A DNA stretch of 64,000 bases from an uncultured Christensenellaceae bacterium (lineage in GTDB: Bacteria > Bacillota > Clostridia > Christensenellales > UBA3700), in the NCBI GenBank assembly GCA_944380275.1, contig CALWHB010000002.1, forward strand, positions 19,576 through 83,575. The letters run 5' to 3'. Below, in pieces: positions 8,778 to 18,849 of this stretch. Both the position numbers and the translations under genes were made by a program. Below the pieces are notes generated by a model. The model did not search any database and had not been told where the DNA came from. It saw nothing but the letters and a program-made list of their open reading frames with translations. How positions within the stretch are numbered: position 1 is the stretch's first letter; each line of letters starts with the position of its first letter.

Positions 8778-10410
8778 TAAATCGATGTATCGGCATTTTG
8801 CGGATAATACCGCGCATCTGCCCGATACCAACAAGTGCATATCGTATTACGGCAAAACGCTGTCGAAAAAAAAGTTTTTTGCTCATTGCGACCTGATTGC
8901 GGACTATCTTCGCTCCTTAGGCATAGGCAAGGGAAAAAACGTCGTTTTGTGTTTGCCTAATATTCCGGACGCTATAGTCGCATTTTATGCGATAAACAAG
9001 ACGGGTGCGGTTGTAAATGCCGTACATCCTCTCGTTACCGGACAGGCACTGAAAAACTTTATCAGAGATATGGATGCAGCTGCAGCAGTATTGTTTGAGG
9101 AGTTTTATCCTGAATATACTGACAGCCTTAAGGAAGTCGGTATACCTTTGATAATAGCAAGTGCGTCTGATTACCTGCCGCCGTTGTACAGACCGTTTTA
9201 CAGGCTTGCGACGAGAAAGGCTGCAAAGAGCGTTCCGTACGGAAGAAATGTCGTCAGATACCGCGACCTGATAAACGGCAAAGTTAAGTTTGACGCAGCA
9301 AAAGACGGTTATCCCGAAATCAAAGGTGCGGATATTGCCGTATATATGCACAGCGGAGGGACGACGGGTGCGTCAAAGACGGTCATGCTTGACAATTCCG
9401 CTTTCAACTGTTTAGCGGACAATGCGCTTGCGTTGATAGGAGGAAAGCCTGTCGATGACCGCGACGGTATGCTGATGGTCTTGCCGATATTCCACACTTT
9501 CGGATTGGGGATATGCATGCATACTACGATATGCGCCGGCGGACAGGTCGTGCTTATGCCAAAGTTTGACCCTGAACGAGCGTGCAGACTGTTGAAAAGC
9601 ACTTCGGCGACCTTTATTTCCGGTGTCCCCAACATGTTCGCAAAAATGATTGACAGCGGGCTGTTCAAAGGCAAATATGTAAAGCGGCTAAAGCATTGCT
9701 ACTGCGGTGGGGACAAGCTCAGCAGCAGCGTCAAGGAGAGGTTTTACGAGGCGACTAAGGCGGCGGGAAATCCTATAAGACTAAATGAGGGTTACGGCCT
9801 GACGGAGGCTGGTATATGCTGTGTGAACACGCCTGAAAATTACCGAGAGGGTTCGATAGGAAAACCGTTGAAAAACACCCGTTTCGGAATATTCGACGAC
9901 AATGACAATCCTTTGCCTTGCAATACCGTAGGCAATCTTTGCATAAGCGCAAACACTCTTATGACGGGATATTACGGCGACGAAGAGGCGACTAAAAACG
10001 CATTTTTTGAAAGCGGCGGCGCAAAGTGGGTACGCACGGGAGATATGGGCAGAATAGACGAAGACGGATTCGTATATTTTGTGGACCGCAAAAAGAGAGT
10101 GATTAAAATTTCGGGAAACAACGTGTTTCCTCAGGAGATAGAAAACGTCGTAAACAAGGTTGAAGGAGTGAAACGCAGTTGCGTTGTAGCGATGAAATAC
10201 GACGGAAAGCCCGCAGCAAGGCTGATAATTCAACCTGTTGCCGGAGCTGATTTGAAAGAGCTTGAAAAGGCGGTAAAAGCAGAAATTGCCGCAAAGTTGC
10301 TCAAATACGCCATGCCCAAGGCAGTGGAATTCCGTGAGAGTCTGCCTTTGACCCAGATAGGCAAGGTCGACTACCGGAAACTGGAAGAAACAGGAGGAGA
10401 AAATGCATAG
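8764..10410 (+). CDS. Long-chain fatty acid--CoA ligase (class I adenylate-forming enzyme)
   Basis: HSGGTTGASK, EGYGLTE, RTGDMG, DRKKRVIKISG, GKVD; start MQYFD at 8764. Confidence 0.9.
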   Translation: MQYFDKSMYRHFADNTAHLPDTNKCISYYGKTLSKKKFFAHCDLIADYLRSLGIGKGKNVVLCLPNIPDAIVAFYAINKTGAVVNAVHPLVTGQALKNFIRDMDAAAAVLFEEFYPEYTDSLKEVGIPLIIASASDYLPPLYRPFYRLATRKAAKSVPYGRNVVRYRDLINGKVKFDAAKDGYPEIKGADIAVYMHSGGTTGASKTVMLDNSAFNCLADNALALIGGKPVDDRDGMLMVLPIFHTFGLGICMHTTICAGGQVVLMPKFDPERACRLLKSTSATFISGVPNMFAKMIDSGLFKGKYVKRLKHCYCGGDKLSSSVKERFYEATKAAGNPIRLNEGYGLTEAGICCVNTPENYREGSIGKPLKNTRFGIFDDNDNPLPCNTVGNLCISANTLMTGYYGDEEATKNAFFESGGAKWVRTGDMGRIDEDGFVYFVDRKKRVIKISGNNVFPQEIENVVNKVEGVKRSCVVAMKYDGKPAARLIIQPVAGADLKELEKAVKAEIAAKLLKYAMPKAVEFRESLPLTQIGKVDYRKLEETGGENA

Positions 10411-11962
10411 TTCGCAGCCGCTTATACTCGTATTCGACGTGGGTACTCAGAGTACGCGCGCACTCCTTTTCGATTTGAAGGGAAATCTTATAGAAAAGAC
10501 TAAACGAGAGGAACCGCCGTACATCTCGAAAAACGACAACAGGGCAGAAAAAGACCCTGTTGAAAGCTGGAGAGGAATATGCGCCGCATCGCAGGAACTG
10601 AAGAGCAAGGTCGGAGAGAGATGGAACGACGTTGTCGGAGTATGCGCAACGAGTATAAGAAATTCGCTTGTTTTTCTTGACAAAGACTGCAAGCCTACGC
10701 GCAACGCGATACTTTGGATGGATAAGCGAGAGGTAAAATGTCCTGACCCGATGCCGCTGTTCAACAGATTTCTTTACGAGATAGTCGGTATGGGGGAAAC
10801 GGCGAGAGTGTCGAGAAAGACGTGCTACATAAACTGGGTGAGAGTGAATCAGCCCGATGTATGGGAGCGTACCGCAAAGGTGGTAATGCCCACCGCATGG
10901 TATAATTACAGGTTTACAGGCGTGCTTGCAGACAGCAGAGCAGGACAGGCTGCTAAATTCCCTTACGATTACAAAAAGCGCGACTGGATGAGCAAATTTG
11001 CACTCAATTACCCCGTCTTCGGCTGTCCCGTAGAAAAGATGTGCAAACTTGTGGACCCGGGGCAGATAATCGGATACATAACAAAGAAGTGCAGCGAAGA
11101 AACGGGTATAAAAGAAGGGCTGCCGTTTATTGCCACAGGTGCGGACAAGGCTTGCGAAACGGTGGGAAACGGCTGTCTTTCGCACGAGGTCGCATCGGTA
11201 AGCCTGGGTACGGCGGCGTCGGTAGAAATAACGACTGATAAGTATGTAGAACCCGAAACCTTTATGCCTGCGTATACCGCTGTCGCAAACGGCAAATACA
11301 ATCCTGAGATACAGATTTTCAGAGGTTACTGGATGGTGTCCTGGTTCAGGGACCAGTTTGCGCTCAATGAGAAACTGGAGGCGGAAAAACTTGGAGTTCA
11401 GGCAGAAAAGCTGCTTGACGAAAAGTTGCAGCAAATTCCCGTAGGCAGCAACGGACTGGTAATTCAGCCGTACTGGGGACCCGGACTCAAGACTCCCCAG
11501 GCAAAGGGAATTATGATAGGATTTTCGGATATGCATACGCGTCTTCACGTCTATAGGGCAATAATCGAAGGACTGGGATACGCGTTGTTTGACGGACTGG
11601 AGAATCTGCAAAGACGTTCACGCAACAAAATCACCCGCATTGCCGTGGCAGGAGGCGGCTCTCAAAGCGATATAATATGTCAGATTACCGCAGATATTAT
11701 GGGCAGAGAAGTCTACCGCGTACAGACGTACGAAACGAGCGGACTGGGCTGTTCCGTAGTAGGATTTACCGCACTCGGATACTATAAAACGATAGAAGAT
11801 GCTGTTTCTCAGATGGTAAGAGTAACGGATACTTTTACTCCCATAAAAGAAAATCACGTCAAATATATGCAGTATTACAACCGCGTGTATAAAAAGATTT
11901 ACGACAGGAATCTTCCAATTTACAACGAACTTTACAAGATGATGGAAAATGACAGACTCTGA
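10403..11962 (+). CDS. FGGY family kinase (YgcE/PA3024-like subgroup)
   Basis: FDVGTQSTRA, GADKAC, SLGTA, IFRGYWMVSWF, AGGGSQS. Confidence 0.88.
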   Translation: MHSSQPLILVFDVGTQSTRALLFDLKGNLIEKTKREEPPYISKNDNRAEKDPVESWRGICAASQELKSKVGERWNDVVGVCATSIRNSLVFLDKDCKPTRNAILWMDKREVKCPDPMPLFNRFLYEIVGMGETARVSRKTCYINWVRVNQPDVWERTAKVVMPTAWYNYRFTGVLADSRAGQAAKFPYDYKKRDWMSKFALNYPVFGCPVEKMCKLVDPGQIIGYITKKCSEETGIKEGLPFIATGADKACETVGNGCLSHEVASVSLGTAASVEITTDKYVEPETFMPAYTAVANGKYNPEIQIFRGYWMVSWFRDQFALNEKLEAEKLGVQAEKLLDEKLQQIPVGSNGLVIQPYWGPGLKTPQAKGIMIGFSDMHTRLHVYRAIIEGLGYALFDGLENLQRRSRNKITRIAVAGGGSQSDIICQITADIMGREVYRVQTYETSGLGCSVVGFTALGYYKTIEDAVSQMVRVTDTFTPIKENHVKYMQYYNRVYKKIYDRNLPIYNELYKMMENDRL

Positions 11963-12027
11963 ATAAACAAGCAGACTCTGAACAAGTAATAAATCTGCCT
12001 GAAAAACTTAAATTATTAGAATTGCAT

Positions 12028-12063
12028 AAAAAAAAAGATAACCCGAAACCGGTTATCTTTTTT
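12028..12063. terminator. Bidirectional intrinsic terminator
   Basis: A-run-GATAACC...GGTTATC-T-run between convergent genes. Confidence 0.75.
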
Positions 12064-12100
12064 ATTGAGGTGTTGTATTATAAAGGGAATAATTCTTGAG

Positions 12101-12385
12101 TTATTCCGCCTTTTGCTCAGAGCCTTCTTCAATCGCTTTTTTATAAGCGGCGAGAACTTCTCGGTTTATATTATCTCTCGTTTCGGTATTAAGCGGATGA
12201 GCAATGTCCTTGTATTCTCCGTCCGGAGTTTTACGACTGGGCATAGCGATAAAAAGACCCAGTTTGCCGTCGATAATCTTAATGTCGTGCAGGACGAAAC
12301 ACTCGTCAAACACTACTGATGCAACAGCTTTGAGTCTGTCATTTTCTTTGGCAACCAGTCTTATTTTGATGTCGGTTATTTTCAT
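12101..12385 (-). CDS. spoVG: Septation regulator SpoVG
   Basis: MKITDIKIR...LKAVASVVFD..FVLHDIKII...FIAMPSRK....EYKDIAHP. Confidence 0.96.
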   Translation of the reverse strand: MKITDIKIRLVAKENDRLKAVASVVFDECFVLHDIKIIDGKLGLFIAMPSRKTPDGEYKDIAHPLNTETRDNINREVLAAYKKAIEEGSEQKAE

Positions 12386-12620
12386 GAAAAATTCCTCTGA
12401 AATTTTATGTTAATATCAATATATCATAAAAGTCTTTAAAAAACAATACTTTTAATTAAAAAAAACTTAACGATTTTTTTAATTTTAATTTAAGGCGTTG
12501 AGTATGATTTTTGTTGTCGTTTTACTCTGAAGGAGCTGAGTCGTAAATATATTATTGTAAAAATCCGTGAAAAAATTGCGACTTCAGGACAGTTTTTTCA
12601 AAGAGAGCATATAATGTTGT

Positions 12621-13982
12621 ATGCTTAAACTGACCGATTTTAAAAGTGTGCATTTCATAGGAGTATGCGGTGTGAGTATGAAAACGCTTGCATTGCTTTG
12701 CGCGCGTGAAGGACTCAAAGTCAGCGGTTCTGACAGGGCTGAATCCGACGTAATCGAAACGCTGTGTAAAAACGGCGTTTACGCATACGCAGGCAGCAAC
12801 GCAAGCGTGGCTGAAAAAGCAGAACTCGTAGTATATACCGCATGTATTCCGGATGATGACCCGGAACTCGTCAGAGCGAGAGCGTGTCGCAGAACGGTTA
12901 TGGAAAGAAAAGCGTTTCTCGTACTTGTTCAGAACATGTGCGATAAGACCGTCGCAGTTGCAGGTACTCACGGGAAGACGACCGCTACAGCAATGCTTTC
13001 TGCGATAATGCAAGCTCAGGGCGTAAACTTCATAGGGCATATCGGCGGGGATTATCCCGGCGGGGAGATAAGTCTTGTGGACAGCGGCAGAGAAGTTTTT
13101 CTGACAGAGGCTTGCGAGTATAAGAGAAGTTTTCTTTCGCTTTCACCCGACGTTGCAATTGTACTCAACGTTCAGTTTGACCATCCCGATTGTTACAAGG
13201 ATATAAACAAGCTTAAAGACGCTTTCGGCAGGTTTACGCAAAACGTAAAAAAAGGTGGATTGCTTGTAGTCGATTACAATCTGAAAGACGACTTCTGTCC
13301 TGAGGGAGTCAGAAAGGTTACCTTTGGGTTCAACCCAGCGTGCGATTATCGCGCTGACGACATCAAATACGACGGTGGCAGATACACTTTTTCTCTTTAC
13401 AGATTCGGAGAATATGTTGCAAGATACTTTTTGCACGTTTACGGAAAACACAATATACTCAATGCCTTAGCTGCCATAGCAGCGGCAGAAGGTATAGGGC
13501 TGGACGCCGTTTATGCGGGAGAATCACTGAAAAATTTTGCAGGCATAAGCCGACGTTTTGAGTGTAAAGGGATGCTCAAAGGCGGCGCGAGAGTGATTGT
13601 GGATTATGCGCATCATCCTGACGAGATAGCAGCGGCGATAGACACCGCGAGGGTGATGACCAGAGGTGAGATAAGCGTGTTTTTTGAGCCGCATACGTTC
13701 AGTCGTACTAAGTCGCTTATAGACAGGTTCGCAGACTGTTTTTACTGGGCGGACGAGGTGATTATCCTGCCCACGTACGCGGCAAGAGAAAAAAATATTG
13801 AAGGAGGAACGGCTTACGATTTGTATCAGAGGCTGAAAAAGAAAAAGACGGCGTGCCTTTATATGGACGGGTACGATGCCGCTGCGGATTATATAAAAAC
13901 AAAACTTGACAAAAGCGGGATAATTCTTCTTCTCGGAGCAGGAACGGTAGACAGAATATCAGATATGCTGTTCAAACGATAA
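12621..13982 (+). CDS. murC: UDP-N-acetylmuramate--L-alanine ligase
   Basis: AVAGTHGKTT, EACEYKRSF, DHPD, DYAHHPDEI, FEPHTFSRT. Confidence 0.92.
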   Translation: MLKLTDFKSVHFIGVCGVSMKTLALLCAREGLKVSGSDRAESDVIETLCKNGVYAYAGSNASVAEKAELVVYTACIPDDDPELVRARACRRTVMERKAFLVLVQNMCDKTVAVAGTHGKTTATAMLSAIMQAQGVNFIGHIGGDYPGGEISLVDSGREVFLTEACEYKRSFLSLSPDVAIVLNVQFDHPDCYKDINKLKDAFGRFTQNVKKGGLLVVDYNLKDDFCPEGVRKVTFGFNPACDYRADDIKYDGGRYTFSLYRFGEYVARYFLHVYGKHNILNALAAIAAAEGIGLDAVYAGESLKNFAGISRRFECKGMLKGGARVIVDYAHHPDEIAAAIDTARVMTRGEISVFFEPHTFSRTKSLIDRFADCFYWADEVIILPTYAAREKNIEGGTAYDLYQRLKKKKTACLYMDGYDAAADYIKTKLDKSGIILLLGAGTVDRISDMLFKR

Positions 13983-14042
13983 TCTACACGGGCTGGAAAA
14001 AATTGATATATAATCTGTTTGTGAAAACAATTTGCGAGAAAT

Positions 14043-14070
14043 AAAAAAACCTCTGTGAAAAGAGGTTTTT
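14043..14070. terminator. Bidirectional intrinsic terminator
   Basis: A7-CCTCT-GTGAAA-AGAGG-T5. Confidence 0.65.
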
Positions 14071-14141
14071 GATTTTCTGTACAGACATAATCGATTGGGT
14101 AAAAAGCCGGCAATAATAAAACCTTTACCGTATCAATTATA

Positions 14142-15110
14142 TCAGCATTTCACGATGGTTTTCAATGCGTGAGGCGCGTCTTTTGCAAGACTTGCAAACA
14201 CATCTGCCGCCTCTGAAATGTCGACGATTCTTTCGACGAGTTTATCCACCTTGACGACTTCTGTAGCAATCATGTTTATTCCCGTTTCGATTTCGCCGTC
14301 GCCGTTGTTAAGACCGAAGATTTCAAGACCCTTTGTGAACACGAGAGCGAGGTCCGCAGACAGTTCTTCAGTCTTCTTGTCCAGTCCCGCGAGGCACAGC
14401 TTTCCTCCGTCCCTCATACAGGAGAGAAGTCCTTCTGCGTTAGGGTAAGAATCCAGGTCCAGCACCATATAGTCGCACATTTTTCCTGAAGTTATTTCTT
14501 TTACCTTCTGGAAGACGTTTTCTTCGCCGGGATTGACCGTATAATAAATTCCCAGGTCCTGAGCGAGGTCGAGAAGTTCCTGGTTTTTGTCGATGATTAC
14601 CGGGATAGCCTGATAATAAATGGCAAGCTGACCTATGATGTAATTGAGCGAAGAGCAGCCGTTGAGCAAAATATACTGGGTTTTGCCCACGTCAAGCTTT
14701 TCGAGCGCGCTGACAGCGAGCGCGACGTCTTCGATAAAAACGACAGATTCGTCGCTTATTCCTTCAGGGATAGCGTATACTTCAGAGTCGGGGCAGATTA
14801 CGTAATCGGCAAGATAGCCGTTTTTGTCCACGCCGCTCACCTGAAGAGAACCTGAGGATTTACGATAAGGGGAGAGCATTACTCTCTGCCCGGTTTTCAA
14901 GGTAAAATCAGAACTTTCGCTGACTAAGCCCATGGCAATTCTCGAAGGCATAATCGGATAAAAATTTGCTTTGCCTTTATAAGCCGAGAGGTCTGAAGAG
15001 GTGATAGACGCGCGGGCAATGCGAACTTTTACGCAATCGTGCGGTACGTCTTTTTCTTCGTTGACGACCGTTTCGAGTTTGCCGGGTTCTGTTAAAACCA
15101 AAGATTTCAT
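14142..15110 (-). CDS. Medium-chain (Zn-type) dehydrogenase-fold protein with degenerate motifs
   Basis: Threonine/sorbitol dehydrogenase-like layout, but SITSSD, SRI and GCSSLN replace GICGSD, GHE and GxGxxG. Confidence 0.75.
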   Translation of the reverse strand: MKSLVLTEPGKLETVVNEEKDVPHDCVKVRIARASITSSDLSAYKGKANFYPIMPSRIAMGLVSESSDFTLKTGQRVMLSPYRKSSGSLQVSGVDKNGYLADYVICPDSEVYAIPEGISDESVVFIEDVALAVSALEKLDVGKTQYILLNGCSSLNYIIGQLAIYYQAIPVIIDKNQELLDLAQDLGIYYTVNPGEENVFQKVKEITSGKMCDYMVLDLDSYPNAEGLLSCMRDGGKLCLAGLDKKTEELSADLALVFTKGLEIFGLNNGDGEIETGINMIATEVVKVDKLVERIVDISEAADVFASLAKDAPHALKTIVKC

Positions 15111-15311
15111 AAAACTTCCTCACACACTTAAGTGGTTTTTATCATAGCATAAAAAAACTCAAATTGCAAGGCAAAAGACGGTTATAAAGCCGGACAGCGT
15201 AAAATGAAGTAAATTTTTCAATACGCAAAAAAACCGCTAATAACGCTTGACTTGCAAAAAATAAATATGTATAATCGTATGTGCGTAAAAGAATACAGTG
15301 AGGTGAAGAAC

Positions 15312-15515
15312 ATGAAAGAGAGCATTCAACCCAAATATCATGACGTGGTTATCCAGTGTACCTGCGGCGAGAAGTTCGTTTGCGGTACCACTAAGGACGT
15401 CGACGTCATTAAGGTAGACGTTTGCAACAAGTGCCATCCTTTCTATACCGGCAAACAGAAACTCGTTGATACCGGCGGTAGAGTAGATAAGTTCAAGAAA
15501 CGTTACAGTCTGTAA
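15312..15515 (+). CDS. rpmE: 50S ribosomal protein L31 (Zn-binding type)
   Basis: [13 protein letters not shown]...[22 protein letters not shown]; SD GAGGTG. Confidence 0.97.
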   Translation: MKESIQPKYHDVVIQCTCGEKFVCGTTKDVDVIKVDVCNKCHPFYTGKQKLVDTGGRVDKFKKRYSL

Positions 15516-15574
15516 TCGGATAATAATGGTGCGGGGACTTATCCCGCACCGTATTTTTTTATGGAGGCTATGCG

Positions 15575-16912
15575 ATGAGAAAAAAGAGCGTAGGAATAGG
15601 CGGACAGGCGGTTATCGAAGGAGTCATGATGCGCGGCAAGCGCAGTATGGCGACTGCGGTACGCGACGAAAACGGCAATATCGTTGTAGAAAGTCAGTAT
15701 CTGAAACCTGTCGAAGAAAAGAGTTTTCTGTTCCGCGCGCCCTTTTTGAGAGGCATATTCAGCTTTTTCGGCACTATGGTTTCGGGTGTCCGCACGCTTA
15801 TGCGTTCGGGAGAAGTCTTTGACGGAGAGCAGGAGCCTTCCAAGGCGGAAAAATGGTTTGCTAAGACCTTTAAAGTCGACGTATTCAGCGTAGTCATGGC
15901 GATATCGGTCGTTATCGGCGTAGCGTTGTCCGTCGGCTTGTTTTTCTTTTTGCCTCAACTTATAACAACGGGCATAATCGCGCTTTTCAAGATAGACGCT
16001 CAGGCGAACGTAGGCGTGCAGATTGCGATGAATCTGCTTGAAGGATTTGCCCGTATGCTGATATTTATAGGATATATCGCGCTCACGTCCGCTATGAAAG
16101 ACGTAAGGCGCGTGTATATGTATCACGGTGCGGAACACAAAACGATAAGCTGTTACGAGCACGACCTTGAACTGACCGTGGAAAACGCTCAGAAGATGAC
16201 GACGGTACACGACAGATGCGGTACGACGTTTATGTTCATCACGATGGTAGTAAGCGTGCTTATATTCTCGCTCACAGGCTGGAGCGGACAGCTTTGGGTA
16301 AGATTTCTGATAAGACTTGCATTGATACCCGTAGTTTCCGGCGTAAGTTACGAGGTGCTTAAGTTTCTCGCAAAATTCGACAATCCTTTCGTAAGAGCGC
16401 TCAAAGCTCCGGGACTTCTTTTGCAGAAACTGACGACGAGAGAGCCTGACGATTCTATGGTAGAAGTCGCGATAGTCGCGTTTAAAACAGTTCTCGAAAT
16501 GGACGAAAATCCGGATTTGCCTGAGCTTAAATTCGATACTAAACTATTAAAGCGCAAGGTGGAAGAACAGTTACTTTCAACAGGGATAACCAAAGAGAGA
16601 GCAAAGCAACTGATTTGCACCGGTATGGGCGTACAGGCAGAAGAGTACGAGCAGATAAGCCATATAAAACACTCCCGTATGCAGCTTATGCTCAGTGCGG
16701 CAAAAGGCGAAATCACTGACGCGGAGCTTTGTGAAAAAGCGGCGGAGCTTAACGCGAAAGTTGAAGAGGAGAGAAAGGCAAACGAGCAGATTATAAAAGA
16801 AAGAGAAGACTCCGCAAAGGCAGACAATCACGCTGACGGACAGACAAAAGAAGAGGCTGAAGAGCAAAACGGAAAGTCGGATAATAAAAAAAACGGCGGA
16901 GATGACAAGTGA
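15575..16912 (+). CDS. DUF1385 (YqhQ-like) membrane protein with a C-terminal extension
   Basis: GGQAVIEGVMMRG, YHGAEHK, HDRCGT, LQKLTTREP; lies in rpmE-DUF1385-prmC-prfA. Confidence 0.9.
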   Translation: MRKKSVGIGGQAVIEGVMMRGKRSMATAVRDENGNIVVESQYLKPVEEKSFLFRAPFLRGIFSFFGTMVSGVRTLMRSGEVFDGEQEPSKAEKWFAKTFKVDVFSVVMAISVVIGVALSVGLFFFLPQLITTGIIALFKIDAQANVGVQIAMNLLEGFARMLIFIGYIALTSAMKDVRRVYMYHGAEHKTISCYEHDLELTVENAQKMTTVHDRCGTTFMFITMVVSVLIFSLTGWSGQLWVRFLIRLALIPVVSGVSYEVLKFLAKFDNPFVRALKAPGLLLQKLTTREPDDSMVEVAIVAFKTVLEMDENPDLPELKFDTKLLKRKVEEQLLSTGITKERAKQLICTGMGVQAEEYEQISHIKHSRMQLMLSAAKGEITDAELCEKAAELNAKVEEERKANEQIIKEREDSAKADNHADGQTKEEAEEQNGKSDNKKNGGDDK

Positions 16913-17730
16913 AACCGCTGAAAGACGTTCTTAAAGAGATAGCAGAGGAGATTTGTTTTACAGATGCGGATTCAAGCGAGCCGGACTGGATAGCATGCCA
17001 TGTGCTGGGTTGCGGAAGGGCGTCATTACGTCTTATAAGAGATGTTGAGGACGGCAAATACCGTGAAATGCTTGCTCTCGCAAAAGAGCGTGCGACAGGA
17101 AAACCTCTCAGTCAGGTGCTGGGATATACAGAATTTCTCGGACTGAGGATATGCGTGAACGTCGACGTGCTTTGCCCCAGGCAGGAAACAGAACTGCTTG
17201 CCGAACAAGGCATCATTTATCTGAAATCAAAAAAGCGTGCGCGCGCGCTGGATTTATGTACCGGCAGCGGATGCATTGCGGTCGCGCTCTCAAAGTTTTC
17301 GGATGCCGACGTTACAGCAAGCGACGTTTCGCAAAGCGCGATTTGCGTTGCAAAAGGCAATGCGGAACGCAACGGAGTAAAAATAAATTTCGTACTTTCC
17401 GACGCTTTCGACGGTGTTGAAGGGATATACGATTTGATAGTATCCAATCCTCCCTACATACCGACTGCGGATATAGAAACGCTGGATAGCGAAGTAAAGG
17501 ATTATGAGCCGAGGCTGGCTCTCGACGGCGGAGAGGACGGACTGGATTTTTACAGGATAATAGCAAAAAACGCTGCAAGCAGACTGAGCGACGGCGGTAT
17601 GCTGTTGCTTGAGTGCGGTAAGGGACAATCAGAGGAAATAATAAATATGCTTTCGGGGTTCGACTGCAACGTTATATTCGACCTCGCGGGCATAGACAGA
17701 ATAATAAAGGCGGTAAAAAAGAGTGTTTGA
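16909..17730 (+). CDS. prmC: Release factor glutamine methyltransferase
   Basis: [32 protein letters not shown]; next to prfA. Confidence 0.95.
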   Translation: MKPLKDVLKEIAEEICFTDADSSEPDWIACHVLGCGRASLRLIRDVEDGKYREMLALAKERATGKPLSQVLGYTEFLGLRICVNVDVLCPRQETELLAEQGIIYLKSKKRARALDLCTGSGCIAVALSKFSDADVTASDVSQSAICVAKGNAERNGVKINFVLSDAFDGVEGIYDLIVSNPPYIPTADIETLDSEVKDYEPRLALDGGEDGLDFYRIIAKNAASRLSDGGMLLLECGKGQSEEIINMLSGFDCNVIFDLAGIDRIIKAVKKSV

Positions 17731-18790
17731 AAAACTCGAAGGCATGAAGAAAAAGTTTGAAGAACTGACTGAGGAGATTTCCAATCCCGCGGTCATTGCC
17801 GATACCGCAAAATGGCAGAAACTCGTAAAAGAGAGGTCTGCCATGGAAGAACCCGTTGCTCTTTACGAAACATATACGGCAAACGAGGCAACGATTTCCG
17901 AGTGTCGTGAAATTATCGACGACGGCTCTGACAAAGAGATGGTGGCTCTTGCAAAAGAAGAGCTGTCAGTCGCGCTTAAAAAAAGAGATGAAATCTCAGA
18001 AGAGCTGAAAATCGCACTTCTGCCCAAAGACCCTGACGACGACAAAAACGTAATCATAGAGATACGCGCGGGAGCTGGCGGCGACGAGGCAGGTTTGTTC
18101 GGCGCAGAACTCGTCAGGATGTACGAACGTTTTGCAGAGCGTTGCCGTTGGAAGGTAAAGGAAGTCGATATAAACGCAAACGACCTGGGCGGCATAAAAG
18201 AGGCGGTATTCATGATTAGCGGACACGGCGCATACAGCAGACTGAAGTTCGAAAGCGGCGTGCATCGCGTGCAGAGAGTGCCTGAAACAGAATCTCAGGG
18301 CAGGATACACACTTCCACCGTTACCGTGGCGGTTTTGCCCGAGGCGGAAGACGTAGAAGTGGAGATACTTGAAAAAGACCTCAAGATAGACGCCTACCGC
18401 GCCGGCGGAGCGGGCGGACAGTACGTAAACAAGACAGAGTCCGCGATAAGAATCACACATCTGCCCACGGGCATAGTGGTTACCTGCCAGGACGAAAAAT
18501 CGCAGGGCAAGAACAAAGAAAGCGCGATGAAAGTGCTGAAATCCAGGGTGTACGACTATTACCGCCGTCAGCAGGAAAAGGAGTACGCCTCCAGCAGAAA
18601 GATGCTGGTGGGGACGGGCGACCGCTCTGAGCGTATACGCACGTACAATTTTCCGCAGGGAAGAGTTACCGACCACAGGATAGGGCTTACGCTTTATTCT
18701 CTCGATTCCTTCCTGGACGGAGATTTGTTTGAAATGCTCGACGCTCTCGCGCTTGCAAGCAGAAACGAATTGCTGTCGTCGGAACAATAA
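17723..18790 (+). CDS. prfA: Peptide chain release factor 1
   Basis: VPET (PxT), [14 protein letters not shown]; GTG start. Confidence 0.97.
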   Translation: MFEKLEGMKKKFEELTEEISNPAVIADTAKWQKLVKERSAMEEPVALYETYTANEATISECREIIDDGSDKEMVALAKEELSVALKKRDEISEELKIALLPKDPDDDKNVIIEIRAGAGGDEAGLFGAELVRMYERFAERCRWKVKEVDINANDLGGIKEAVFMISGHGAYSRLKFESGVHRVQRVPETESQGRIHTSTVTVAVLPEAEDVEVEILEKDLKIDAYRAGGAGGQYVNKTESAIRITHLPTGIVVTCQDEKSQGKNKESAMKVLKSRVYDYYRRQQEKEYASSRKMLVGTGDRSERIRTYNFPQGRVTDHRIGLTLYSLDSFLDGDLFEMLDALALASRNELLSSEQ

Positions 18791-18849
18791 TACGATACGG
18801 CATCTTACATTGATACTATTTTATTCAGACCGGAATAGAGGAGAAAGAC

